Shown here: positions 13,642 through 26,200 of the stretch, one piece after another
Numbering within the stretch: the stretch's first letter is position 1
How the letters are laid out: each line of letters starts with the position of its first letter
The notes under the pieces: model-generated
Database searches by the model: none
Seen by the model: only the letters and a program-made list of their open reading frames with translations
Told to the model about the DNA's origin: nothing
Made by a program: the position numbers and the translations under genes
Origin: Antedon mediterranea
Taxonomy: Eukaryota > Animalia > Echinodermata
Length of the DNA: 64,000 nucleotides
Assembly: GCF_964355755.1 (NCBI RefSeq)
Contig: NC_092677.1
Coordinates: forward strand, 25,159,175-25,223,174
Reading direction: 5' to 3'

Positions 13642-15136
13642 TAGTTAATTGTTAAGGGACACCTTGCTGTTAAATACTGCTATCGAGGAGACACGTTGTA
13701 TGGTCCCGAAAGTGCCTACTTATATACATTATGTGAAAGTTTCTTTCACAAAGTTATTATTCCCATTCATTAATATAAAGGGTCGCACGCAACGACCCGA
13801 ATTTGTATTACTTAAAAAACACTCATTTTAATAGGATATTTAATGAAAGGTTTATAATATGGAAAAAATGATATTTACTGTACTTTACAACCGTTTTAAA
13901 ATAGGCCAAGAGTGCTAAACTCTTCCCCTTTATTAAAACGCGTACAAATAAATGACCCTCAACAGTTACACCTGAGTGCCAATTCTTCACCCCTCAGATC
14001 GAAACGAGGCCTATTGTTGACCCAAACAGTGATTTTCTGCATGTTTTTTTGATTCTGTTCATTTGAATTTAAGATTTACGATTTACACTGTATAGGAAAT
14101 GTTGTTTTGCATTAATCAGTGTATAAATGTTGACGTGAAGTTGAAAGGAAAAAGCCGTGATTATTACAAATGACGAAAGAATGACGAGAGAATGGATTCG
14201 GTGAGTGAAAACAGTCTGCCCACACACAAAAATCCCTCAGAATGTTACATTTAAAAATCGGAAACGATTCTTTCCGCTTAAAAACAGTTTTAAGATTCAC
14301 GACTATCAATTGAACTTGTCAAAAATCTTAGTTATTAATTTGTCATTTAGGCTGCGATGGTGTGCTACGATGTTGAATTCTTAGCCTAGACCAGTGGCTA
14401 TTTTGTGTTTCTTACTACACCCTACAACTTTTAGGTTGAATTTGTTCTAGGCCCTATATCCTTTCTAAATGTATAATTCCCTCAGCTCCCCCCCCCCCCC
14501 ACCACTCACCATGATATGTACATACGCGCGTGTACACGTGAGACACACGTTTTCTTTTCTCTGATAAGAGTCAAGCTCTTATTAATTTAACTTAGTCAAT
14601 GGTCTCACGCGACGGTGGTACATCGGACAGGCAGGTGTCGTGTATAATTGTTCCTTCCTTTTTTCCAATGCATAAATAATAAGGAAATTCAGCCTAGCGT
14701 TCGATTTGCAACGTGGTGGTAACGGTTATTGCCGTCGGATCGGAAGCACCGTCAGCTGGCCTGATTCCTGACAATCGAGCTCACCCATATCCCCCTCTTT
14801 CATCGCCGTGATCCCGGAAAGTTCCCTAGCCTGGCTGCATTGATTAAACTGTTACATTTGCTTGGTTAAGAGGACATAACCTTTGACGACAATGACTCCC
14901 CATAGCTGATTAAGTTTAAGTATTGACAAACTTAACTTAACCAAAATCGCAATAATTAAATTAAATGCCTTTTTATTTTGTTTATATGTGATTATCTTCT
15001 CTTGGTATGGACAGCCATAGCTCTTCATCATGTTTGATCATTTTTATGATATGACTTGTCATAATGATGATGGTCCGAATTGTGCATGACACTTTTTTTT
15101 CATAGCAATAGGGCTTAACTCGTCGCTGAGGTTTAA

Positions 15137-15471
15137 AAATGTATTGTCCCTCTAAATATTTTTGTTGTTGTTGTTGAATACGGTATGTCATTTTAATGTC
15201 ACATAGGCCTAATAGTTATTCACTTTGACTAAAAATTGGATCGAAAACAAATTATTTACCTGAAAAAACAGTAATTAAAATTTTTTTTAAAGCCAAATTG
15301 GCTGCCAGCCAATGAGATTTGGTTGAATTTAACCATTTAATTAGTAATTTCATAAGTTAAAACATTGTTTTTTTCGATTTTTTTTCTACGGAAGTGATCA
15401 ACTTTGTTAAAATTACAAAATTCTGATTTTATTAATCTTCATTTTTCATGTTTTTGGGGACAATACATCTT
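15137..15471 (-). mobile_element. Kolobok-like family C copy, inverted
   Basis: ATGTATTGTCCC ... GGGGACAATACATCT terminal inverted repeats. Confidence 0.75.
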
Positions 15472-15807
15472 TGATCAAATAGATTTATAATTTTCCTTTA
15501 AATACCATTTTGGAAAATCTTGAAATGTTTTGTAACGATAGATAATTAAACGATCATTGTATCACCATTATGGATGTTTTATTGTCTTTTTTTTTATCAT
15601 AGGCGATTTTGTCAAATCTAAGAATGTTCTTTTCCACCGTTCCATATTCTCAGACGTGTTTGTCAACTCACTCAAGGTGTACCGTAAACCTACTTAATTA
15701 ATATCTTATATCAAACTTCGTTTGAATAAAATCATAATCATTATAGGCCTACTCAGTGCATGAAAATCCTGCTGAATGAAAGTCCACACTAGGCCTAGAA
15801 AACCTTA

Positions 15808-16278
15808 CACTGTAAAAAAGGTGTTTAGATTTTTAAAAATCCAAACACCTTTTTTAAAAACACCTATTTTGTACCCATTTTTCCCACACATTTAGCTTTT
15901 TAACACGAGTTACATGTTTAGCGTGTTTAAAACCTAAACGTGTTTATAGCTACATGTTGTTTTCCTCCACTCGTTCAGCAGTCAACATGTCACTATTATG
16001 TTCAGTCAATGTTTAGGTACGTGTTTAGCGTTGCGTGCATATTATGATTTTACTGTGTCGGAAAAAAGTTCCCCACATGAGCTTCAAACTTATTAAACAC
16101 GTTTAAAACCTAAACGTGTTTTTATATTGCTCCACATGTTTAACAATAAACACGTCACTGATGTGTTGAGTTGGATACAGACTGCATGTTTAGAACCTAA
16201 ACATGTTCATATCTAAAAATGTGTGGAAAAAGTGGATACAAAATAGATGCAAAAGATCTAAACACTATTTTTACAGTG
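15808..16278. mobile_element. Non-autonomous DNA transposon with CACTG termini and long imperfect TIRs
   Basis: TA|CACTGTAAAAAAGGTGTTTAGAT ... ATCTAAACACTATTTTTACAGTG|TA; internal AAACAC/GTGTTT palindromic subrepeats. Confidence 0.8.
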
Positions 16279-17033
16279 TAGGTCTGTTGAGGTTAATCCA
16301 AGTAGTTTAAATGAACAAAATGAGGCTAAATTATAAATGAAATCAATTTGAAACTGCCTGATAGTTTACCCATGTGACCAAAGCTCGTTATTATCGTCTG
16401 CTAGCTTCGGGACAAAAGAGACCGCTACCGGTACACCTGCGTGAGTTAGTGCGCATATGAAAGTTGCATATTGGAAGTTTGTTCGCCGACGCTCATACTA
16501 AACAAGAAATATTTCTTACAAAAAAATCCGCTCATCTCACGATAACTATACCGTCTACATTTATCAGCAAATGTTTTCATAGACTCTCTTTTCCCAGACG
16601 TGCTTTGGAGTCTGCGCATGCCCAATCTGAGTTTCCAAATAGCCATTTTTTTAAGCCGTAGTAAATTACAAGCTACCACATGGTAATTGTTTCCTAATGC
16701 TTCCGTCTTCTAATATAACTGCCTAAAGGAGGGGTGCGAAAAGTGCTGCGTACAATCGACGGAGATTGGAAAGATTGAGGGGATGCGAGGAGATGCTATT
16801 TTTTCATTGACCCACTCTAATTGAGCTTAAAAGTTTAGAATGGCATTTCTATGTTTAATTGTTTTTATGATAATGCATTGGGACACCGATAATCAGGGAA
16901 CAAAAGTGAGGAAGTACATGTTTCCAACCCCTATTCAAGGTGACACTTTGTTAGGTACCCAAGGTGTCCCTTTAATGAGGTTTTTACTATACTGAATTTC
17001 CAACCAAAAGAAGACGATTCCTGTCTAGCATAA

Positions 17034-17170
17034 AGCTCTGTCTACACTATAAAACTTTATGTGACAAAAATATGTGATGTGCCCATTATATGGAAATGAT
17101 GATTTCATATTACTACCATATTTGGGTTTATCACACTTTTATTTTGTCGAACTAGTTTGTAGACAGAGCT
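17034..17170. mobile_element. Harbinger-like MITE family A
   Basis: TAA|AGCTCTGTCTACACTA ... TGTAGACAGAGCT. Confidence 0.8.
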
Positions 17171-17400
17171 CAAAACAATGTGTTGTCTGTTAAAAATTGA
17201 ATTAACCCAATAAACGGAAATAGATATTAACATGTGATAATAATTGGTTGTCTAGTTGTTCACTTCCACTTTGTTTGCGATACGATAAAGTTTCATCCTA
17301 ATTCTTGATACGTTTTTAACTTAATAAATAAATAATTTTTTTATTGATTTCTTTTTTAAGAAAAGTCTTTTTTAAATATTCATAATGTGTTTTGTAATGT

Positions 17401-17502
17401 TAACAAGGCCATATTAATATATATGGCTTCAGTCGCGTGCTAAAATTTGAGTTGGTGTTTACCGACCGACCGATTAACCGATCGACATAGCGAGCTGTAG
17501 AG
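17401..17502 (+). mobile_element. Helentron-associated (HINE/DINE-like) element fragment
   Basis: AACAAGGCC...AGTCGCGTGC...(CCGA)n...GACATAGCGAGCTGTAGAG; same architecture as the fragment at 48125. Confidence 0.5.
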
Positions 17503-18213
17503 ACCAAACGTGTTTTCTATAAAAGCTTATATATTTAAAATGTGTTTTTTTAGTTACATTCTGGTTATTGTACACAACGTAATCTTTTAGATTGAAGAGG
17601 AAATCGACTCGTATTGAGTTTCTTACCAGTCATCGACGGGATCCCAATAGCAGGCGGTAAAATTCGACAGCAGACGATGTGTGGGCGGGTGATAATTGCG
17701 CGCTCTTTTCAGCGAATTTACAGAGCATTAAAACATTCTCGTATCTGACATTTCCCGTGATGTTCTCGATTATCTAACGTTTATTTTGTGTCTATTTTTA
17801 GTAGATTGTTTAAGGTAATGACAAATACGTCTTGAGTAAAGCACCAGTTCGTTTAAAATGCCGAAAGACACGTTTCTCGCCTTTTGATTATTACTGATTA
17901 CGTCAATAAAATAATTAAAACTTGTTTTCGCGTCTCAAATAAGCGCGTATATCGAGGTTTACGTCATACCCTCTTTGTGTGTCAATAAAATTGAGATAGA
18001 AAATGAATTGTGACATCTCTCATAAGATTTGAAGTTCTTGTGAACGAGTGTCTTGATTATTAAATTGGCGAATGTTATTTCTAGATTTTACGGCTCCAAA
18101 TGCGGAGTATTTAGTCGAGTGTAAATTTTTGATTTTCATGGATCAAACACTTATTGTGGTCATTCATTCTATTCGTATCTTCATCATCAGTTTCCTCAAA
18201 ATTAGCAGAGTAA

Positions 18214-18352
18214 AGCTCTGTTTACACTATCAAACTTTATGTAACAAAAAATGTGATGTGCCCATATATGGAATTGATGATGTCATTTCACTACCACATT
18301 TGGGCATATCACTACCATTTGGTCAAAATAGTTTGATAGTGTAGACAGAGCT
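18214..18352. mobile_element. Harbinger-like MITE family A
   Basis: 23-bp TIRs AGCTCTGT(T/C)TACACTATCAAACT flanked by TAA/TTA. Confidence 0.85.
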
Positions 18353-18620
18353 TTAGCCGCAGGGGTGCGCGCGTCTCCTCTATAACAACCGACGGCAACG
18401 ATTGAATGCGGAATTTTACATTGTCATTTGAATTTTGCGCTCAGCTTTTTGGGGCCTCATTCACATTGATAAATCACATAACTAAATGTTTACACCCCTC
18501 CTCTCATTACGATGAGATAATAATTATTAGTTTGTTAAACCATCTGATTTGATTGACAATTATCTATTGACTGATTTGATGTTTGGCTTCAAATGGGAGG
18601 GTTAATGTATTCCGTTGTAA

Positions 18621-18913
18621 CATCCTAAATCTATACCATTAAAACTAATACCAAATTAATCAGAATAAATACATTTGTTGAGTTGGTTCTTTGAATTGCA
18701 GGTGGTACTTCTTCCTGATCCAGATTGATGCGCGCGCTTTGTTTGCGTACTACGAACTGGGAGGGTTATTCATGCATTTATTATGTAACACCATAAATCT
18801 ATTGTATCATTAAAACGAATACCAAATCAATCAGAATAAATACATTGTTGAGATGGTTCTTTGAATTGCAGGCGATACTTCTTCCTGATCTAAATTGATG
18901 CGCGCGCTTTGTT
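18621..18913. repeat. Diverged tandem duplication, period about 170 bp
   Basis: AATCAGAATAAATACATT...GGTTCTTTGAATTGCAGG...TTGATGCGCGCGCTTTGTT occurs twice. Confidence 0.85.
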
Positions 18914-19369
18914 AGTTTAGGCACTCTCCGTGTGGTATATGGTATAATTCTTGTTTCCGAATCAATATAAACAATATCCAGCGACTTCAGAAATATAAAA
19001 TACAACGGAAATGGTTTTCTGAATCGGTATTACCGGGTTTTAATTTGATCCATTGTCATGATATAAAAAAAAATTAATACAGAATGATAAAGATGTGTCG
19101 CCATTATCGATAAAATATGATCCAATCATAGTGGATGTGAAAAAGAAGAGCTTGTAGTGTTTTTGCCTAAAGGTGTAAAATTCATTATATTTTGACAGGT
19201 TTCCCGTGGCATAAGGTCAACAAAAACCATTTCAATTACATTTTGATACAACAGAAATATAGTCCTATGCCGTGTTAATACATTATCGGACGTTTTATTT
19301 ACGTATGATTTGTTTCAAGATCGCACATTTGACGTTCTTTTTAAACATTGCCCTAGTTATGCATCTTAA

Positions 19370-19811
19370 AGGGATACCGTACTCCGGGTTTAAAAATGTT
19401 TTAATGTTTAATATGATAACAAAAATAAATTAATTAATCACCAAGCGTGAACTTTATTAAAAGACATACAGTTATTGAAAGTGTGATTTTTTTTTATTTA
19501 TCTTTTTCATTAAAAATAAAATGCTTCACTCGAAATTAATTAAATCAGTATTAATTTAAAAAAAGTTCAATCAATTTCTCTCTCAGTCTCTTTGCTTATA
19601 CTGTATTTTCTTTCTGACAACACTTTAATGTATATATTGGGGTTTGCCATGTGCCGTTAAGCGTTGTGACCACAAAGGAACCCTGTTCGTCCACCGAAGG
19701 CCCTATACCGATCATGAGCGACCCCGTATAATAGACCTATTCGTTTTTTTAGTTAATTTGTCGATGATTTTATACTAAACGTTAGAAATAATGTATACTC
19801 TGGAATACCCC
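19370..19811. mobile_element. Possible Kolobok-like element
   Basis: TTAA|AGGGATAC ... GAATACCCCT|TTAA imperfect termini. Confidence 0.45.
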
Positions 19812-21395
19812 TTTAATACGCATCAATCTTCGATTTAATTGCGTAAAATGTGTTTAATAATTACCCGTATCATGACAATGTCGTCCCCCCACGCAAAGCG
19901 TTTATCACTATCCCGCCCACGTACACTTGTCTTAAATGTATTGTAATGAAATTGTAACGTCTTTCTGCCAGATAGGATCGTCATCATGTTTAATCAATTG
20001 CCTTGACGTATTGACTTGCTTTAAACAAGTTTTGTTATTTTTCTGTTTTCTTGTTCTGTTTCATCGACCGTAAGCAATGTTTACTTCTAACTATGTAAAT
20101 ACTATTATATAATGTTGCATTCAAGCATAATAATGACACCAATATTAAGTTTACGTATATAAATTACGCCTGTTTTAAAGCATAATGTAAACGTTTACAA
20201 AAATGTGATGGATATAATATGGAGCGCCAAAATGGTCAAAAGAGGAGGTTACCCTGCCACCCGGAATAGCAATGGTGAACGGTATAGACACGTTCGACCT
20301 CAATTTTTCTCTCTTTATTTTCTTGCACTTGTATTTATTATAGGGGATGCGTGGGAGGAGAGGATGTGAGGGGATGGTATTTTTGTAAACGTTTACAAAA
20401 ATGTGATGGATATAACATGGAAGGAACGCCATTATTTATTATTGGGGATGACCCTTATCGAACATGACCTAAATCTCTGTGTATATAATTGTATCACATA
20501 CACTTACGGTTAATTTATATTTGGATATCGTACCGTATGATAGGATTATTGAATATTCAACGCAAAAATGTGGAAATGATATTTTGTTTATTTTTCTATA
20601 TAAATCGCAATGTTGTTTTAGGTTCGCAGTTAGCTTACATTTTCAAAACACCTTTGAGAATTACCGCTCATACACACACTCTAAATGAATGTTCAGTTGT
20701 CAACATAATCTTAAGAAAACACTTACGAACCAATACTATGTGCACTGATATGTTTAGTATAGATACAATACTCGTTGTCTGCAATTGTGTTGAATGAAGC
20801 AGCACAGGCCTCCTATAGGTATTATCTATAACCAGTACAGGGGTCGGTGCGAGTATACAAACTTTGATTTTGTAACCTTGAAATAAGTGTCACGGCCAAC
20901 TCGGGCGAAATTAATATATTTCCGCTCGAGAAAGTTGACAGGGAAAATCACTGATAAGCAGGAAGTTATCAATACAGATTATTCTTCCATAGATAACATT
21001 TTCGCTTCATCTTCCAAGAACAATATTTACTATACTCCAATGTGTGGCGCCTGACGCTTGACCTCTTTGATGTCCTCAACCGGAAAACACGCAATCCCAT
21101 CATGCTTAACGTACCGAAAAGAGGATGTACGTTTGGAACGTGTAAAAATAAGTGTGGGGTATTATCAGATATAATTGGTGTGCGGAGAATGGGATTGTTT
21201 ATAAGCTGTTACATTGATTTTAAGATGAGTGACGCCTGTCAAAACAATACAATGATCAATTATACTTTCACATACCAGCAGTAGCGTAACGGCTATAAGC
21301 GCTCACTGGCTAAGTCCATGGGCCCCCCAGAGCTCAAGGGGCCCCAGAGCATAAGCAGTCCAATTCAACTAACCAGCGTTGGGTTGGGCCCCTAA

Positions 21396-21578
21396 AGCGT
21401 GGTTCCCACTACTAGCGATGCAACACAAGGACGTAACGCAACGTAAGTGAATTGACCAATCACAAGCGATGGCTTATTCGCTTGTGATTGCTAACTGTCT
21501 ATAACTTTGCTTGCCATTGGTTAAAACGCCTGCGTTGCGTTTACGTCCTTGCGTTTACGTTCTAGTGGGAACCAAGCT
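21396..21578. mobile_element. Harbinger-like MITE family B
   Basis: TAA|AGCGTGGTTCCCACTA ... TAGTGGGAACCAAGCT|TTA; near-palindromic over its whole length. Confidence 0.85.
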
Positions 21579-22444
21579 TTAAGAGTGCTAAACCATGAGC
21601 CTTTTCCGCCGCCCTGATGAAGTAGAAAGCATTCCCGGCTATTTTAAGAATTAACCCAAAACAACCCAAACTCAACATAATCCTTACTGCTGGTGTCCAT
21701 CGTCTTTTTGTCTTTCCGTGGTAGGCCGACTTACTGTGCCATGCCAACGGAACGTACGACGGTAACAAATCGTACCGACATCGTACCGTCAGCCAGTTCG
21801 TACATCTGAATCATTCGGTAAAAGAGGTTTAAACTTTTAAAAAAGTACTTTTCTTCTTCAAGTGCTTTTGTCGGAACTTTCGAATTGGTTTGATTGATAT
21901 AGGGGGCGCACTTGACAATATTATTGCCAAACATTACTGGGTATATAAATACACTGGTAGTGACTAGTTACTGCAGTATTTTATTTTATTTATATTCAGT
22001 CAGGTGATACATAAAAAAGGAGCACGGAGGAGAAACTAGAGCTGTTAACAAAGACAACTATCGTACTATTAATTAATATCCTTATTCAATAAATGTGTAC
22101 GACTGAGTAAAAAACAAATATGCTCTGAACCAAAAGGTATCGTAGTAGGATCATAAGTGGGTGCAATATAGTACAGTAATAATCGGTGTATGACGTATGT
22201 ACCTGGATCGAGTCCAGGTTGACGAATCTGACAAGGCGTTGTCAATCAACAGGCTAGCCTACTTTGTATTTGGGAAGGAAGCTCGTTGAAACTGACTGAA
22301 ATAAGGAGACGCGTTGATGATTCTCATTTTATTAATAAGGTCAACTCAAAATGTTGACTTTCTGACTCGCGAGGACTTATTTTACGTAATGTACTTGTAT
22401 GATGTATAAAGTGATTGTTCAAACGTTATTACGTCAAAGGCTTA

Positions 22445-22602
22445 AGCTTGGTTCAGACTAGAGACGCAGCACAAGGACGTAACGAAACGTAAGTTAGTTG
22501 ACCAATCACAAGCGATGAATTATTCGAACTGTAGCTTGTCATTGGTCAACACGCTTCAATTGCGTTTACGTCCTTGCGTTACGTCCAAGTGGGAACCAAG
22601 CT
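22445..22602. mobile_element. Harbinger-like MITE family B
   Basis: TTA target duplication on both sides; TIR AGCTTGGTTC. Confidence 0.85.
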
Positions 22603-22855
22603 TTAAAAGGCGATGAATTACGTTTATTTTGGTGATAGATTAAGTGTAAGCAGGTACGTATGTACTAAGTGTAATGGTATTTGTTTGTGACGTCGTGTAA
22701 CAAAGTCGTCGTGAATTAAAAAAACTCAATATCGGTATTTACTGACTACTATGTCTTAATGTTAATTCATAACGTTTATTAGTGATAACGTTTAATATTG
22801 ATAACATAAATATTGTGAAAATGTAAACAATTTAATATTATTAATTTTATTATTA

Positions 22856-23259
22856 TTATTTATCGTTTTCTTCTTGAGGCTTGTCTTCTTCGTCAGCAAA
22901 TACAATCCTTCCAACATCTTCTATATCCATATGCGGGTGTATACCAACTTCTATGCCTTCATCATTACAGATTTCAATCAGCGTTTTAACATTTGAATCA
23001 GACAACCTGAGGTATCTACTCTGTAGAATCTCAAACGCGTTGAAGTCCGTCGGTTCTGCGTGGTGAGTTGGTTGCGACTGCATCTGTAGGGCTAGAAGAC
23101 GCTGTTGTTGTTTTCGGCTTAGCGTTCCCAGAGAAGAAGGAAGCCCTTGGCCTCTTTCTATCATTGAGTGAATTTCTTCGAGTGTGTCGTGAGAGAGCTG
23201 TAAATGGTGACCAGAGTTGGGCATCGTGCCTGGTTGGTGTAACTTTGATTTATTTCTAC
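22856..23259 (-). CDS. C16orf78-like gene exon 6 (RYLRLS/IHPHM motif, stop)
   Basis: Acceptor TTTATAG; in frame with ORF 22856..23224; TAA stop. Confidence 0.9.
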
Positions 23260-26200
23260 CTATAAATATGCAGTAATAATATTAATTATCAGTTTTTTAT
23301 TTAAGTATTACAAAATGCTTTATTACACGAGTAAAATTCAAGGGCTAATATTCTCGCGTAACGTTTGCACTGTATTGAACATAAAATAAAAGTTTTGTCT
23401 GTGTCTAAGTATAGAGGGCGGTACAGGAGGTACAATTTCAGAGCGTGCACGTTTAGTTTGTTCAGCGATTCTCTAATAGTAATGCATTGTTTTTACATTT
23501 TGTTGTTTAAAATCATGTTCGTAGTAACTTTATGATTTCGTTATTATCTTAACAAAAACCTTTAAACAAATTGATTGTTTTGATATTAAATTCGATATTT
23601 AAAGCCTTGTGAATGTTAAACATTTTTAAAGCAAATGACTCGACTCCATATGCTATATAAGCATAGTTGGACACACAGATGGCCGGTGTGCACACCACAT
23701 GACTTTCTAAAATCTGTGAACGCAATGTCGAAACTCTCTATATATGGCTCTGTACAATTTAATCAAAATGCTAATAGTAATACCATCAGTTTTGGATGGC
23801 ATGATGCTTCCACGCCTGTGTCTGCCACCCTCAACCGGTGGATGGTGTGGTTCTGTGGTGTCATCGTCTCTGGAACCTTGTTTTGTTTTTACGTGGTGCA
23901 AACTTTTACTTAAGCGATCATTCTGCTCTGCTGTTGACTTTGTCGGTGATTCTATAAAGAAACTGACATTGTGAATACAAATCGGGGTGTATTAACACAC
24001 GTTTATTGTTATAATTACTGTGCACAGACCATTTTAAACGAGTTTAGCTCAATAGTAACAACCATCGGAAGATAAATTGTTGTGGGTGAAAAAAAAACCC
24101 ACGATTTTTAGCTCTGTTATGCATTCTCAAATGTAGGCCATATTACTGGATTTCGGTACAGTTACGTCAGTCATGAGTCCGGTCGTGAGTTACAGACCTG
24201 GAACTAGGTCAGGATTGAACCGTGGACATTGGAAGGCAAGCACGTTAACCACCAAGCTACAGCTTCCTTCTTACTCCCTGACATAAGTCCCTAAACACTA
24301 AACAAAGGACATACTTCTTTGGTCTTGGACATTCCGTCGATTTTTTCCTTTATCCTTTATTTTTATTCCATGTTTATCTGCTGCCAGCAACGGCTCACTC
24401 TTCATTTTTGGATGTCCATGTGTTTCCACAGTGTCGCCAGCAGTCTCTAATTTGTCGTCTGCTTTGGCAGCCGTCTTCGTACCCATTTGAAAACCTCTCA
24501 CAGACGAGCGTCGACGTTGCTCATTCGTGTTTGTTGATTCCGTCACTGATTGGTCAGACGGCCGACGATTGTGTTTCGATATATTTGAGATAGACGATTT
24601 CCTATCCTGGTGTTGATGATCAGGTTGTCGTCGTTGAGGTATGACTTGGTGGCTTGAAGAGTCTTGGCGGAGGTAGCTGTTATGTTTACTGTGGTGACTG
24701 GATAGATGGGTGGAAGAGTCTCTGTGTGCCCCCATGTACGAATGCGATGGCCGACGGTCCGTCCCTACGTTCCTGGAATGGAAGCTACTGTAGGATAGCA
24801 AAACAAAATAATGATATAATAATAACCAAAAACTGAAAATGATAATAAATAATTTGTTTAGAGAGAAAGGAATTTGGAGTTGGGAATTAACTCAATAAAC
24901 AAGACAATGTGGAGAGAGTGGATATGGAATCAACTTAATCAAGAAGACGATGTGGAGAGAGTGGGGATGGAAACAACTTAATCAAGAAGATGATGTGGAG
25001 AGAGTGGATATGGAATCAACTTAGTCAGGAAGACGATGTGGAGAGAGTGGAGAGGGAATCAACTTAATCAACAAGACGATGTAGAGAGAGTGGAGATGGA
25101 ATCAACTTAATCAACAAGACGATGTGGAGAGAGTGGGGATGGAATCAACTTAATCAAGAAGATGATGTGGAGAGAGTGGATATGGAATCAACTTAATCAA
25201 GAAGACGATGTAGAGAGAGTGGAGATGGAGTCAACTTAATCAAGAAAACGATGTGGAGAGAGTGGGGATGGAATCAACTTAATCAAGAAGATGATGTGGA
25301 GAGAGTGGATATGGAATCAACTTAATCAAGAAGACGATGTAGAGAGAGTGGAGATGGAATCAACTTATTCAACAAGACGATGTGGATAGAGTGGAGATGG
25401 AATCAACTTAATCAAGAAGACGATGTAGAGAGAGTGGCGATGGAATCAACTTATTCAACAAGACGATGTGGAGAGAGTGGAGATGGAATCAACTTAATCA
25501 AGAAGACGATGTAGAGAGAGTGGAGATGGAATCAACTTAATCAAGAAGACGATGTAGAGAGAGTGGAGATGGAATCAACTTATTCAACAAGACGATGTGG
25601 AGAGAGTGGAGATGGAATCAACTTAATCAAGAAGACGATGTAGAGAGAGTGGAGATGGAATCAACTTAATCAAGAAGACGATGTGGAGAGAGTGGAGATG
25701 GAATCAACTCAATCAACAAGACGATGTGGAGAGAGTGGATATGGAATCAACTTAATCAACAAGACGATGTGGAGAGAGTGGGGATGGAATCAACTTAATA
25801 AAGAAGACGATGTGGAGAGAGTGGAGATGGAATCAACTTAATCAAGAAGATGATGTGATGAGAGTGGAGATGGAATCAACTTAATCAACAAGACGATGTG
25901 GAAAAAGTGGAGATGGAATCAACTTTATCAACAAGACGATGTGGAGAGAGTGGGGATGGAATCAAGTTAATCAACAAGACGATGTGGAGAGAGTGGAGAT
26001 GGAATCAACCTAATCAAGAAGACGATGTGATGAGAGTGGAGATGGAATCAACTTAATCAAAAAGACGATGTGGAGAGAGTGGAGATGGAATCAACCTAAT
26101 CAACAAGACGATGTGGAGAGAGTGGAGATGGAATCAACTTAATCAAGAAGATGATGTGGAGAGAGTGGAGATGGAATCGACTTAATCAGGAAGACGATGT

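Noticed and set aside
21279-21615. hAT-like element (CAGTAGCGTA...CGCCCTG) hosting a nested MITE
   Set aside because: The termini are only loosely complementary and no 8-bp TSD was found.
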